64,000 bases of DNA from Candidatus Kapaibacterium sp. (GTDB lineage: Bacteria; Bacteroidota; Ignavibacteria; Tepidaquicellales; Tepidaquicellaceae): NCBI GenBank assembly GCA_041675325.1, contig JBAYUG010000004.1, positions 15,759 to 79,758 on the forward strand, in the 5' to 3' direction. Made by a program: the position numbers and the translations under genes. This document shows, piece by piece, positions 19,200 to 28,529 of the stretch; position 1 is the stretch's first letter, and the number at the start of each line of letters is the position of its first letter. The notes beneath the pieces were generated by a model. It ran no database searches. It had not been told where the DNA came from and saw only the letters and a program-made list of their open reading frames with translations.

Positions 19200-20194
19200 T
19201 GAAAAAGATTCTATACATATTAATATTATTTCTTTCTTTCTATGCTGCCGGCTGCTGGCCTGCAAGGCTTCTGGTTTACAATATAGGTGAATCAATTACA
19301 GGCGAGCCGGAAAAAATTAAAAAGTTCAGCAACCCTGTTCATGACAGCGTAAAGGTGTCGGTGCTTATGATAGGGCATTCGGCAACGCTTGTACAGATTT
19401 ATGACAAGGTAATAATGTTCGACCCGTTTTTCAATAAACGATTCGGCGGAATACTTATGAGACGCACAGAGCCGGGACTGAATGTTGACAGCCTTAAACA
19501 GCTTGATGTAATCTTTGTTTCGCATTCTCACATGGACCATCTGAGCTATTCTTCTTTAGATATATTAACTGAAAAATTTCCGAACACAAAACTTGTTTTT
19601 CCGGAAGGCGTAGAAAACTATCTGCCTGATTATCATGTAAGCATAATAAGGGTAAACAAAGCAGACGCAAGGTTTAAAAATTTTATCGGCAGACCTGTAT
19701 ATATTTCGGGCATGAAGGTAACACCTGTCTTTGCGTATCATAGCGGCGGGCGTTACGGCTTTGATACTTACACATGGCGAGAGGAAGGCGCGACAGGATT
19801 TATTATTGAATATAAAGACGTTACTTTTTATTATGCGGGGGATACAGGTTACCACGATACAGCATTCAAGCAAATAGGAGAAAAGTTTGATATAGGGGTT
19901 TCGCTTATTCCAATCGGACCCTGCCGGAACTGCGACTCTACGGGGTTTTGGCACCATACATCATCTATTGAAGCACTTGAACTTTTTAAAGATATTAAGG
20001 CGGACTACATGATACCTGTTCACTATGGAACGGTAAAGTATTTTACGGATGAGAACAGACCCTTGCAAGTTTTAAACGAACTGGTTGATTCATTAACTGC
20101 TTACAAACCATATAAAGAAAAGATTGTTGCTTTAAAACCCGGTGAACAGAAAGTATGGAAACAAACAGGGGTTACCATAAAGGAAACACAATAA
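19199..20194 (+). CDS. MBL-fold metallo-hydrolase lipoprotein
   Basis: Lipobox FYAAGCW and HxHxDH motif (VSHSHMDH). Its ATG overlaps the upstream TAA as TAATG. Confidence 0.85.
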   Translation: MKKILYILILFLSFYAAGCWPARLLVYNIGESITGEPEKIKKFSNPVHDSVKVSVLMIGHSATLVQIYDKVIMFDPFFNKRFGGILMRRTEPGLNVDSLKQLDVIFVSHSHMDHLSYSSLDILTEKFPNTKLVFPEGVENYLPDYHVSIIRVNKADARFKNFIGRPVYISGMKVTPVFAYHSGGRYGFDTYTWREEGATGFIIEYKDVTFYYAGDTGYHDTAFKQIGEKFDIGVSLIPIGPCRNCDSTGFWHHTSSIEALELFKDIKADYMIPVHYGTVKYFTDENRPLQVLNELVDSLTAYKPYKEKIVALKPGEQKVWKQTGVTIKETQ

Positions 20195-20207
20195 CCCCCT
20201 GAAATTT

Positions 20208-20567
20208 TTAGAACGGCATGTCTTCGCTGTTGGCGGCGAATTCGTCGGGCGGCTCGTTTGGACTGCCTGCGCTGCGACCGGAGCCTCCTTCATCCACAGG
20301 TTCAATCTTCCATGCAACGAGTGAATTAAAATAAACAGATTTTCCTTCCGGATTAACCCATTCCCTACCGTTAAGATTAAATGCTACTTTTACGATGTCT
20401 CCTTCAGCAAACTTTTCAATCAGCGAGCATCTGTCTTTAAGTAGCTGAAACGTGATGTACTGCGGGAACTGGCCTGTTTCGTCCGCAAGAACAAACTCTC
20501 TTTTTGTGAAGTTATTTTTGAATTCCTGTATAGGAAATACTTTGTGTATCTTGCCTGTAAAGTCCAT
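20208..20567 (-). CDS. DUF3127 (OB-fold, SSB-like) protein
   Basis: 119 aa. MDFTGKIHKVFPIQEFKNNFTKREFVL... matches DUF3127 as I remember it. The C-terminus ends in ...SEDMPF. Confidence 0.75.
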   Translation of the reverse strand: MDFTGKIHKVFPIQEFKNNFTKREFVLADETGQFPQYITFQLLKDRCSLIEKFAEGDIVKVAFNLNGREWVNPEGKSVYFNSLVAWKIEPVDEGGSGRSAGSPNEPPDEFAANSEDMPF

Positions 20568-20583
20568 TACTATTATTTTAAGT

Positions 20584-21990
20584 TTATACTAAATCAAATT
20601 TTGCAGTGAAGTGCCGGAGAAACTTTGGCTCTTCGACAATCTTTATGCCTCTTATCTTATCTTTGTTTTTGCTGATTTCAATAAGCACCTCTGCGACAAA
20701 ATCAATATGGCTTTGCGTGTAAACCCTTCTGGGTATTGCAAGTCTTACGAGCTCCATATCGGCAGGAATCAGCTTTCCTTTGTCGTCATACTTTCCGAAC
20801 ATAACACTACCGATTTCGACGCCTCTAATACCGCCCCGCTTGTAAAGCTCAACCACGAGCGCCTGTCCTGGATACTGATCGACGGGAATGTTTGGCAGAA
20901 AGCCTTTTGCGTCAATATAAAGTGCATGACCGCCGACGGGTTTTATGTAAGGAATACCGTTTGCTTCAAGCTTATCGCCGAGATACTTTGATGAATGAAT
21001 TCTGTAATGCAGATAGCTTTCATCGACTATCTCTTCAAGACCCTGTGCAATGGCTTCAAGGTCGCGTCCCGCAAGACCGCCGTAAGTTTCGTAACCTTCC
21101 GTAATAATTAAAAGGTTCTTGCAGTTCTGGTACCACTCTTCATTGTTCATTGAAAGGAATCCGCCGATGTTTGCGAATGCGTCCTTCTTTGCGGACATCG
21201 TACAGCCGTCAGCATAGGAAAACATTTCGTTGCAGATTTCCATAATAGATTTATTCTCGTATCCTTTTTCCCTTATCTTAATAAAATATGAATTCTCTGC
21301 AAACCTGCATGCATCAAGGAAGAACGGGATTTTATGTTCTTTGCATATCTTGCTTACTTCGCGTATATTTTCCATCGAAACAGGCTGGCCGCCGCCGGTA
21401 TTGTTCGTAATCGTCAGCATGCAGACAGGAATATTTTTTACACCTGTTGTTTCAATAAATTCGCGGAGTTTCTTTGTGTCCATGTTTCCTTTGAAAGGAT
21501 GAATCACTTCAGGATGCTTGCCTTCTTCTATCACAAGGTCAACAGCCTCAGCACCGTTAAACTCGATGTTTGCACGTGTTGTATCAAAATGGTTATTGCT
21601 GGGGATAGATTTTCCTTTTCCTGAATTAACAAAGCGCCCCTCTTTATCAATGTCACTGAGCAAAAATGTAAAAAGAATTCTTTCTGCAGCGCGTCCCTGA
21701 TGAACCGGGATGCAATGCTTGAAACCGAAAATCTTTCTTACTGCGGCATCAAATCTGAAGTATGATTTTGAACCTGCGTAAGATTCATCGCCGTCCATAA
21801 TAGCCGCCCATTGCTTTGAGCTCATAGCAGAAGTGCCGCTGTCGGTCAAAAGGTCTATCAGTACGTCTTCGGCGTGAATTAAGAAGGGATTGTAAAAAGC
21901 TTTCTTTATAATTTCTTCTCTTTCTTTGGCTGTCGTTGTTTTAACGTATTCAACAGATTTAATTCTGAAAGGCTCGATTATCGTTTTCAT
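20584..21990 (-). CDS. Beta-eliminating lyase (tryptophanase / tyrosine phenol-lyase family)
   Basis: 468 aa, collinear with TnaA and TPL. Motifs EPFRIKSVE, DLLTDSGT, FAENSYFIK, SAKKD (PLP Lys) and RLAIPRRVYT. Confidence 0.92.
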   Translation of the reverse strand: MKTIIEPFRIKSVEYVKTTTAKEREEIIKKAFYNPFLIHAEDVLIDLLTDSGTSAMSSKQWAAIMDGDESYAGSKSYFRFDAAVRKIFGFKHCIPVHQGRAAERILFTFLLSDIDKEGRFVNSGKGKSIPSNNHFDTTRANIEFNGAEAVDLVIEEGKHPEVIHPFKGNMDTKKLREFIETTGVKNIPVCMLTITNNTGGGQPVSMENIREVSKICKEHKIPFFLDACRFAENSYFIKIREKGYENKSIMEICNEMFSYADGCTMSAKKDAFANIGGFLSMNNEEWYQNCKNLLIITEGYETYGGLAGRDLEAIAQGLEEIVDESYLHYRIHSSKYLGDKLEANGIPYIKPVGGHALYIDAKGFLPNIPVDQYPGQALVVELYKRGGIRGVEIGSVMFGKYDDKGKLIPADMELVRLAIPRRVYTQSHIDFVAEVLIEISKNKDKIRGIKIVEEPKFLRHFTAKFDLV

Positions 21991-22212
21991 GTATTTGCTG
22001 TATTTTCTTGTGTAAAGATCAATTTACAAAAAAACCGCTAAAGAATTAATTCAGAAAGGGGGAATATTAGTTCAAAAGTTTTAAGCTATTTTCGGCGTTA
22101 TACACACGTCCTGCCGACGTTACCCAAAAGTTAAGGATGCTGACATTACTATTTGAATTACAAAAGTATAAAAATATTGTTATAATATTATTACAAACAA
22201 CAGGAGTATATC

Positions 22213-23532
22213 ATGAAATCTATTTCAGTTAACAACCTTAATATTAGTGCGGAAAATTCTTTTCCGTTTATTTCGGAAAGCGAACTTAATTCTTTAAAGA
22301 AAGAAACGGAAAGATGCTATAATGATTTGGTAAATCTTTCTGGCAAGGGAAACGAATTTCTGGGCTGGATTGACCTGCCCTCTGATATTCAAAAAGGAGA
22401 GCTGAAGACAATTGAAGAAACCGCACGTTATTTAAGGAGGAAGTCCGACGTTATAGTTGTTGTCGGCATTGGCGGCTCTTATCTTGGTGCGCGTGCCGTT
22501 ATTGAAGCTCTTCAACACAGCTTTAAGTATATTCTTAAAAAGAAAGACAGTCTGCCGCACGTTGTTTTTTCGGGACAAAATATAAGCGAAGACTATCTTT
22601 CGGATTTAATGGAAGTTCTTGAAGGTAAGAAGTTCTCGGTTATAGTGATTTCTAAATCAGGTACGACAACAGAGCCTGCAATTGCTTTCAGATTATTGAA
22701 GAATCTTGCGGAAAAGAAGTTTGGCAAAGAAGTAGCAGCGAACAGAATTGTTGCAATAACAGATAAAGCAAAAGGTGCACTGAAAAGGCTTGCCGATAAA
22801 GAAGGATACAAAACATTTGTTATTCCAGATGATGTAGGCGGAAGGTTTTCTGTGCTTTCACCCGTAGGGCTTCTGCCTGTAGCATGCGGCGGTTTTAACG
22901 TTAAAGATTTGATAAAGGGTGCCGAGGATATGGAGACTATTTTGAAAGGGAAAGAGAAGTTTGAAGATAACCCCGCAATGCTTTATGCCGCAATAAGAAA
23001 CCTGCTTTACAGAAAGGGCAAGACAACGGAAATACTTACAAGCTTTTCCCCGTCGCTGTATTGTTTTATTGAATGGTGGAAACAACTTTACGGAGAAAGC
23101 GAAGGCAAGGATGGAAAGGGGATTTTCCCTGCAGGCACAATTTTCTCAACCGACTTGCATTCAATGGGGCAGTATATTCAGGACGGAACAAGGAATATAT
23201 TTGAAACAAATATCTGGGTTAAGAAAGCAGGTAAGAAACTTCTTATACCAAAAGACGAAATGAATCTTGATGAACTGAATTATATTGCCGGAAAGAACAT
23301 AAATTTTGTAAACGAAAAGGCAATGCTTGGAACGATGCAGGCGCATAAAGACGGAGGAGTGCCTGCGATTACAATTGAGATACCCGCACTGAACGAAAAG
23401 GTTCTCGGCGGACTTATTTATTTCTTTGAGTTTGCCTGTGCCATAAGCGGTTACATGCTTGGGGTTAATCCTTTTGATCAGCCGGGCGTAGAAGCTTACA
23501 AAAAGAATATGTTTAAATTGCTTGGTAAATAA
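22213..23532 (+). CDS. pgi: Glucose-6-phosphate isomerase (short form)
   Basis: 439 aa with GIGGSYLGARA and ISKSGTTTEP; CAGGAG lies upstream. Confidence 0.92.
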   Translation: MKSISVNNLNISAENSFPFISESELNSLKKETERCYNDLVNLSGKGNEFLGWIDLPSDIQKGELKTIEETARYLRRKSDVIVVVGIGGSYLGARAVIEALQHSFKYILKKKDSLPHVVFSGQNISEDYLSDLMEVLEGKKFSVIVISKSGTTTEPAIAFRLLKNLAEKKFGKEVAANRIVAITDKAKGALKRLADKEGYKTFVIPDDVGGRFSVLSPVGLLPVACGGFNVKDLIKGAEDMETILKGKEKFEDNPAMLYAAIRNLLYRKGKTTEILTSFSPSLYCFIEWWKQLYGESEGKDGKGIFPAGTIFSTDLHSMGQYIQDGTRNIFETNIWVKKAGKKLLIPKDEMNLDELNYIAGKNINFVNEKAMLGTMQAHKDGGVPAITIEIPALNEKVLGGLIYFFEFACAISGYMLGVNPFDQPGVEAYKKNMFKLLGK

Positions 23533-23534
23533 AA

Positions 23535-25646
23535 ATGATTTATAATATGAAAAGAGCCATATTGGTTTTAATAGTTTTCTTAATATCAGCGTTCAGTCTT
23601 TATTCACAGGTCTTTACCCCCGAAGAACTACAGGTAATAAAACTTCAGGACGAGAGAACATTCGGGAGCAATAATGAATTAATAAATTATCTCGATGACA
23701 GAAATGATAATGTGGTTATTCGCAGCTTATGGGCAATAGGCAACGTAGGAAAAGAAGAAGGTGTAAGACCCGTCGCAGAAAAACTTTTCTCAAGCCGCTC
23801 GGAAGATATACGGATAGCCGCTGCATACGCGCTTGGGCTGTTGCATTTTGATGATTCAAGGAAAGCATTGGTTGAAATTATTGCAGATACACGAGATGAA
23901 AGAGTAAAAGCCGAAGCATTAAACTCACTGGGTTATATAGGCACGCCAGAAAATCTTGAAACAATTGCAGGCTATAAGTTTGATTCCGAAGTTTTGCAAA
24001 CTGCTCAGGCGTTGTCAATTGCGAGGTTCGGAAGAAGAAACATCAAAAGCGAAAGCAGCGTAAATAAATTAATTGAACTCGCTGCATCAAAATACGAATC
24101 AACCTCAAGAGCAGCGGCTTATGCACTCGCTAACACGAGAAACAGAGAGCTTCTGACAAACGCAAGGGGCGCAATAAACTCTTTATTGGTTTCAAGCAAT
24201 GCCGATACACGCATGTGGGCTTTTCTTGCAAATGGATATGTGTCTTCTGATGTAAAAAGTCTTATGAATGCTTATGAGAAAGAAAGTATCTGGCAGGTAA
24301 AAACAAACATACTAAATTCTTTTCAGACGATTAACAGATTTAATCCCGAGAAAGCCGACAATAAAGAACTTGCGTTCTTTCTCGTTAATAAAGGCAGCGG
24401 TGAAGATGTTTATCTTGCGACAACAGCTTTAAAAGTTCTCGGTAATATATTTCAATCTTCTAAAGACGAAACACTTAAATCAGAATTACTCCCGCAGCTG
24501 GAATGGTTTCTCATAAAAGGAAAAGCAGTTGATATACCAGTTATTGCAGAAGCGATAAACACTATCGGAATGATTTATAAAGATGCCGCAAAAGATGAGT
24601 TGATTGCATATTACAAAGACGTTGAAGGATACGAATTAAAATCAGCGGTTATATCTGCGTTCAAATATTTTGATGATGCCTCGGTTTATAATGATATGCG
24701 TGATATGATAACTAAGGATGTACAGGCTTATGTAGATAAGAATAAAATTGAGTCCGGCGATATGATTGCAGGCAAGGAGCTGAACGGTCTTTACCGCTCT
24801 TTTATCGAAAGTCTCGGTGAGCTTAAATACAAAGCTAATACAAAAGACAGGCACACTATGCGTCTTATATTTTCAGAGTTTGTCAGTTCAAAAGATCCGT
24901 CTATAATGGATTTATGCCTAACGTCTTTAAGCGACAGCATATACATAAATGACATTTCTGAAACCCGTGCAATACTGGCACTTGATTATCAGGACATGGT
25001 TTATCCGAAGGACAAAGAAGCGATGCGACTGATTATTCGTGCTTTTGGAAACCTCAAAGCAGAAAACGCAATTGACCTTCTTAAAAGCGGGTTGAATAGT
25101 AAAGACTACGAAATTGCAAAAGAGTCAGCCGGTGCTTTAAAGAAAATAACGAGTAAAGATTTTACTTTTACCGCGAAGCAAAGGTATTTAGAAAATCATG
25201 AACAGCTGAATTTATTGAACAACAAACAGTACGTGCTGCTGAACACAAACAAAGGTAACATCAAAATAAAACTTTATCCTTATGAGGTGCCTTATACAGT
25301 AATGAACTTCATATCTCTTGCAGAAAAAGGATTTTACAATAACACAGTTTTCCATCGCGTGATTCCTAACTTTGTAATACAGGGCGGTGACCCGCTTAAT
25401 AATGGATGGGGAGGACCCGAATATTCAATACGCTCGGAATTTGCACCGCTTCATTATGAACGCGGGATACTCGGAATGGCATCCGACGGAAAAGACACAG
25501 AAGGAAGTCAGTTTTTTGTAACTCATTCGCCATTTTATCATCTTGACAACTCCTACACGATTTTCGGTGAGGTTGTTGAAGGAATGGATGTAGTTGACAG
25601 AATTTATATCGGTGATGTGCTTAAGAGCATTACAATTCTTCCTTAA
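23535..25646 (+). CDS. Secreted HEAT-repeat protein fused to cyclophilin-type peptidyl-prolyl isomerase
   Basis: 703 aa with a signal peptide and about 500 aa of HEAT/armadillo-like repeats. The C-terminal cyclophilin domain shows FHRVIPNFVIQGGDP and GSQFFV. Confidence 0.85.
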   Translation: MIYNMKRAILVLIVFLISAFSLYSQVFTPEELQVIKLQDERTFGSNNELINYLDDRNDNVVIRSLWAIGNVGKEEGVRPVAEKLFSSRSEDIRIAAAYALGLLHFDDSRKALVEIIADTRDERVKAEALNSLGYIGTPENLETIAGYKFDSEVLQTAQALSIARFGRRNIKSESSVNKLIELAASKYESTSRAAAYALANTRNRELLTNARGAINSLLVSSNADTRMWAFLANGYVSSDVKSLMNAYEKESIWQVKTNILNSFQTINRFNPEKADNKELAFFLVNKGSGEDVYLATTALKVLGNIFQSSKDETLKSELLPQLEWFLIKGKAVDIPVIAEAINTIGMIYKDAAKDELIAYYKDVEGYELKSAVISAFKYFDDASVYNDMRDMITKDVQAYVDKNKIESGDMIAGKELNGLYRSFIESLGELKYKANTKDRHTMRLIFSEFVSSKDPSIMDLCLTSLSDSIYINDISETRAILALDYQDMVYPKDKEAMRLIIRAFGNLKAENAIDLLKSGLNSKDYEIAKESAGALKKITSKDFTFTAKQRYLENHEQLNLLNNKQYVLLNTNKGNIKIKLYPYEVPYTVMNFISLAEKGFYNNTVFHRVIPNFVIQGGDPLNNGWGGPEYSIRSEFAPLHYERGILGMASDGKDTEGSQFFVTHSPFYHLDNSYTIFGEVVEGMDVVDRIYIGDVLKSITILP

Positions 25647-25717
25647 CAGCAGGAATTATTGTATTGATTTTACAGTATTTATACGGGAATTTGAACTTCA
25701 AATCATTTATTATCGTT

Positions 25718-25735
25718 TTAATGTATATACATTAA
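25718..25735. promoter_or_regulatory. Perfect 18-bp palindrome TTAATGTATATACATTAA upstream of ferritin
   Basis: Ends 26 nt upstream of the ferritin ATG (25762). Candidate Fur-family-type operator. Confidence 0.35.
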
Positions 25736-25761
25736 ATTAAACTATTTAACGGAGATAAAAC

Positions 25762-26271
25762 ATGTTATCAAAAAAACTTGAAGACGCAATAAACAAACAA
25801 ATTAACAAAGAACTTTATTCCGCATATTTCTATCTTGGTATGTCAGCTTACTGCAACTCGGTTGACCTGGACGGGTTTGAAAATTTCTTCTACGTTCAGT
25901 ATCAGGAAGAAACATTTCATGCAATGAAACTATACAACTACGTTCTTGAAAGAAGCGGAAGTGTTGTCTTATCGCAGATTGACACTCCTCCGCAGAGTTT
26001 TAAATCTGCTCTGGATGTATGCGAGCAAACCTATGAACACGAAAAAGTAGTCACAAAATCAATCAACGACCTTATGGACATTGCAATAAAGGAAAATGAC
26101 CATGCAACATCGAGCTTCCTTAAATGGTATGTGGATGAACAGGTTGAAGAAGAAGCAACAATCTCAAAACTTGTCAACAGAATGAAGCTTGTCGGTGATA
26201 ACGTCGGCGGACTTTTTATTATCGACCAGGAATTAAAGGCGCGTGTCTTTACGCCTCCTGCGACAGCATAA
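25762..26271 (+). CDS. ftn: Non-heme ferritin
   Basis: 169 aa. INKELYSAYFYLGMSAYC and QEETFHAMK match ferroxidase-centre ligand positions. Confidence 0.9.
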   Translation: MLSKKLEDAINKQINKELYSAYFYLGMSAYCNSVDLDGFENFFYVQYQEETFHAMKLYNYVLERSGSVVLSQIDTPPQSFKSALDVCEQTYEHEKVVTKSINDLMDIAIKENDHATSSFLKWYVDEQVEEEATISKLVNRMKLVGDNVGGLFIIDQELKARVFTPPATA

Positions 26272-26298
26272 GAAAAACATCTTTTATAAATACAAAAG

Positions 26299-26329
26299 AC
26301 TGATCCGCCGCGGCGGACCAGCCTTTTTT
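26299..26329. terminator. Bidirectional GC-rich hairpin terminator (ferritin / MarR convergent)
   Basis: ctgatccgccg/cggcggaccag stem with one mismatch, an A-run before and TTTTTT after. Confidence 0.75.
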
Positions 26330-26349
26330 CATTTCGAGAGTAAAATATT

Positions 26350-26760
26350 CTATAAGCAATCTTCCAGTTTATGAAAGAGTTTAATCGTATCCTTTTTCTC
26401 TGAGACAGTTAGTTTTTTCTGAATGGTTTGTTCACACTCGTTGAGCACAACCTCAATTTTCTTGCGTACACGTGTCCCTTTTGGAGCAAGTTTAAGAACC
26501 ACATTTCTTCTGTCTTCTTTTGAAATTTCCTGATCAAGATATTTGTTTTTAATAAGCTTTTCAACAACGCGGCTTCCCCTCGAGACCGAAAGCCCCATAT
26601 TTTTTGACAGAGCGTTGCAGTTGCAGGGCTGTCCCGGTCTCATTGCAAGTATACCCCTGTACTCGGCAGGAGAGAGATTAAACTCAAGCCTTATTGATTC
26701 TTCCTTATCAAGGCATTTGCTTTTTATTCCGATTATGAGGTCTATTATTCTGTCTGCCAT
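26350..26760 (-). CDS. MarR-family transcriptional regulator
   Basis: 136 aa with a winged-HTH pattern (LSKNMGLSVSRGSRVVEKLIKNKYL). It is the last gene of the cytochrome/sulfur-transporter operon. Confidence 0.85.
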   Translation of the reverse strand: MADRIIDLIIGIKSKCLDKEESIRLEFNLSPAEYRGILAMRPGQPCNCNALSKNMGLSVSRGSRVVEKLIKNKYLDQEISKEDRRNVVLKLAPKGTRVRKKIEVVLNECEQTIQKKLTVSEKKDTIKLFHKLEDCL

Positions 26761-26794
26761 TGATTATTAATTTTAGAGTTTATTATAATTGTTT

Positions 26795-27985
26795 TTAGCA
26801 GCCGCCAATTATTCTTTTTGTTTTCTTATCGTCAGTGTTTATAGACTTTTTGCTTGCTTTAATAAGAGTGGGTAATTGTGCCCGTGCTTTTTCTCTGAAT
26901 ATATAAGTTGCCTGCATTTGTCTTGACACAGTATCGGGTTTTTTAAAATTCATTATTTCTTCTTTGAATGCATCCATGCCGCCTTTTAAGATATACAGGT
27001 TTTTATATCCCAGCTCGTTTGCAATGTATGCTAATCCTTTTTCCTCCTGTTCATTGTTTGCAATGATAATATTTTCTATTCCTTTCGTAGAAAATTTCTT
27101 ATTTATGTCTTTTCCGAATAAATCATCAGTCGTCCAGTTTGAAGATTTTGGAAGAGTTAATTCTTTGTATTCGTCTTTTGTTCTGAAATCATAAATTTGA
27201 ATGTTCTTGTCGTTATCAAGAAGTCTGAAAGCAAGCTCATCAGAATCCATGACTTCATACTTGATATTGTTTATTACCGCAGGGTTTACGGATTCTTCTT
27301 TTAAATTAACCTGTCTTTCGGGAAACGCAAAAGCTGAAAGCCCAATTAATAAAACAACAACCGCCAATCCGTAGTATAATTTTAAAGGCTTCAAATCTTC
27401 TGTTAAGTATCCAACGTTTTTCTTTTCAATCATAGTAGTAAAAATAAATGCCGCTACTGCCATGAATACCATCATAAAAGCAAACATACCCTGAGAAACT
27501 CCTATCAAGTCAAAGAATCTAATCTCCCCCCATGCACCCGCTTTGTATAACCCTTCAAACAAAGGATATCCTTCGGCAAATACGAATACCCCTATAAAAG
27601 AACCTGCGACAAAGATCATTGCATCTATTTTTCCTATTGCCGCAGCACATAAGCTTGTGCCCGGACAGAATCCTCCGATGACAAATCCAAGCCCCATTAT
27701 CAATCCTCCGACAATCGCCGACCAGATAAATGTCGGGTTAACATAAACCAAACTTAAATCCAGAAGACCATAATGACCAAGTATTACTACACCCATCATC
27801 GCAGTTATTCCTCCCGTGAAAAAAACTCTCAGAACCGTAAAATCATATCCGTAAAATAAACCGACAAGTTTCTTAGAGGTTGAAAATCCTGCCTGCTCGA
27901 GTATAAACCCAAAAGCAATTCCAATAATTAATGCAACTATCAGGTTTAATTCGTTTCCAATTATATCAGGTACTAATGGTGCCAT
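26795..27985 (-). CDS. YeeE/YedE-family sulfur-compound transporter half fused to a rhodanese-like domain
   Basis: I moved the start to ATG 27985, with AAGGAG 6-11 nt upstream. GFCPGTS motif, several TM segments, and a C-terminal rhodanese-like fold (IQIYDFRTKDEY...ILKGGMDAF). Confidence 0.85.
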   Translation of the reverse strand: MAPLVPDIIGNELNLIVALIIGIAFGFILEQAGFSTSKKLVGLFYGYDFTVLRVFFTGGITAMMGVVILGHYGLLDLSLVYVNPTFIWSAIVGGLIMGLGFVIGGFCPGTSLCAAAIGKIDAMIFVAGSFIGVFVFAEGYPLFEGLYKAGAWGEIRFFDLIGVSQGMFAFMMVFMAVAAFIFTTMIEKKNVGYLTEDLKPLKLYYGLAVVVLLIGLSAFAFPERQVNLKEESVNPAVINNIKYEVMDSDELAFRLLDNDKNIQIYDFRTKDEYKELTLPKSSNWTTDDLFGKDINKKFSTKGIENIIIANNEQEEKGLAYIANELGYKNLYILKGGMDAFKEEIMNFKKPDTVSRQMQATYIFREKARAQLPTLIKASKKSINTDDKKTKRIIGGC

Positions 27986-28001
27986 TATTATACTCCTTAT
28001 C

Positions 28002-28529
28002 TTATATCCAAAGTTTTCTGAAAAAATAAGCAAAGGCATACCCTCCGCCAAATATCGCCATCATTGTTATAATGCCGCCTGCTGACATTACTGCCATACC
28101 GCTTAATGCCGCACCGCTCGTACATCCCCGCCCGAGCTGTGCTCCAAAGCCGAACAAAAACCCTCCGATTAATGCTCCAATTATTCTAACACGTGTAGTT
28201 ACTTTCTGCGGATGCTCAAGTTTTAAACTCAATCTGTTAGATACCAGCCCCGAACCAAACGCACCGATTAAAACACCAATCACTTCGAACACAAGCCAGC
28301 TTTTCAGAGGATTATCTGAATGTTCAGTTTTGTACTCTTCATAATAATGTGTGTTTTCTGTGTGAGCAGGTGCAAGAGTACTTACTACCGAAACAACAGC
28401 ACTTTTGACAGCTCCGCTTGCTCCCAATCCTCTGCCTGTTATAAATATTGTTACAAGCAGAAGCAGCCCTAATAAAAATCCCGCAAGATAAGGATTCATG
28501 TATTTTGATTCTTTCATATTATATTTCAC
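28002..28529 (-). CDS. YeeE/YedE-family sulfur-compound transporter half
   Basis: 175 aa with TM segments and the GRGCTSGAALSG motif. The start is ambiguous (28529, 28517 or 28499). Confidence 0.85.
   Translation of the reverse strand: MKYNMKESKYMNPYLAGFLLGLLLLVTIFITGRGLGASGAVKSAVVSVVSTLAPAHTENTHYYEEYKTEHSDNPLKSWLVFEVIGVLIGAFGSGLVSNRLSLKLEHPQKVTTRVRIIGALIGGFLFGFGAQLGRGCTSGAALSGMAVMSAGGIITMMAIFGGGYAFAYFFRKLWI

Noticed and set aside
21991-22212. tnaC-like leader peptide or attenuator upstream of the tryptophanase-family gene.
   Set aside because: I saw no short Trp-containing ORF with an RBS and no terminator/antiterminator pairing in the minus-strand leader.
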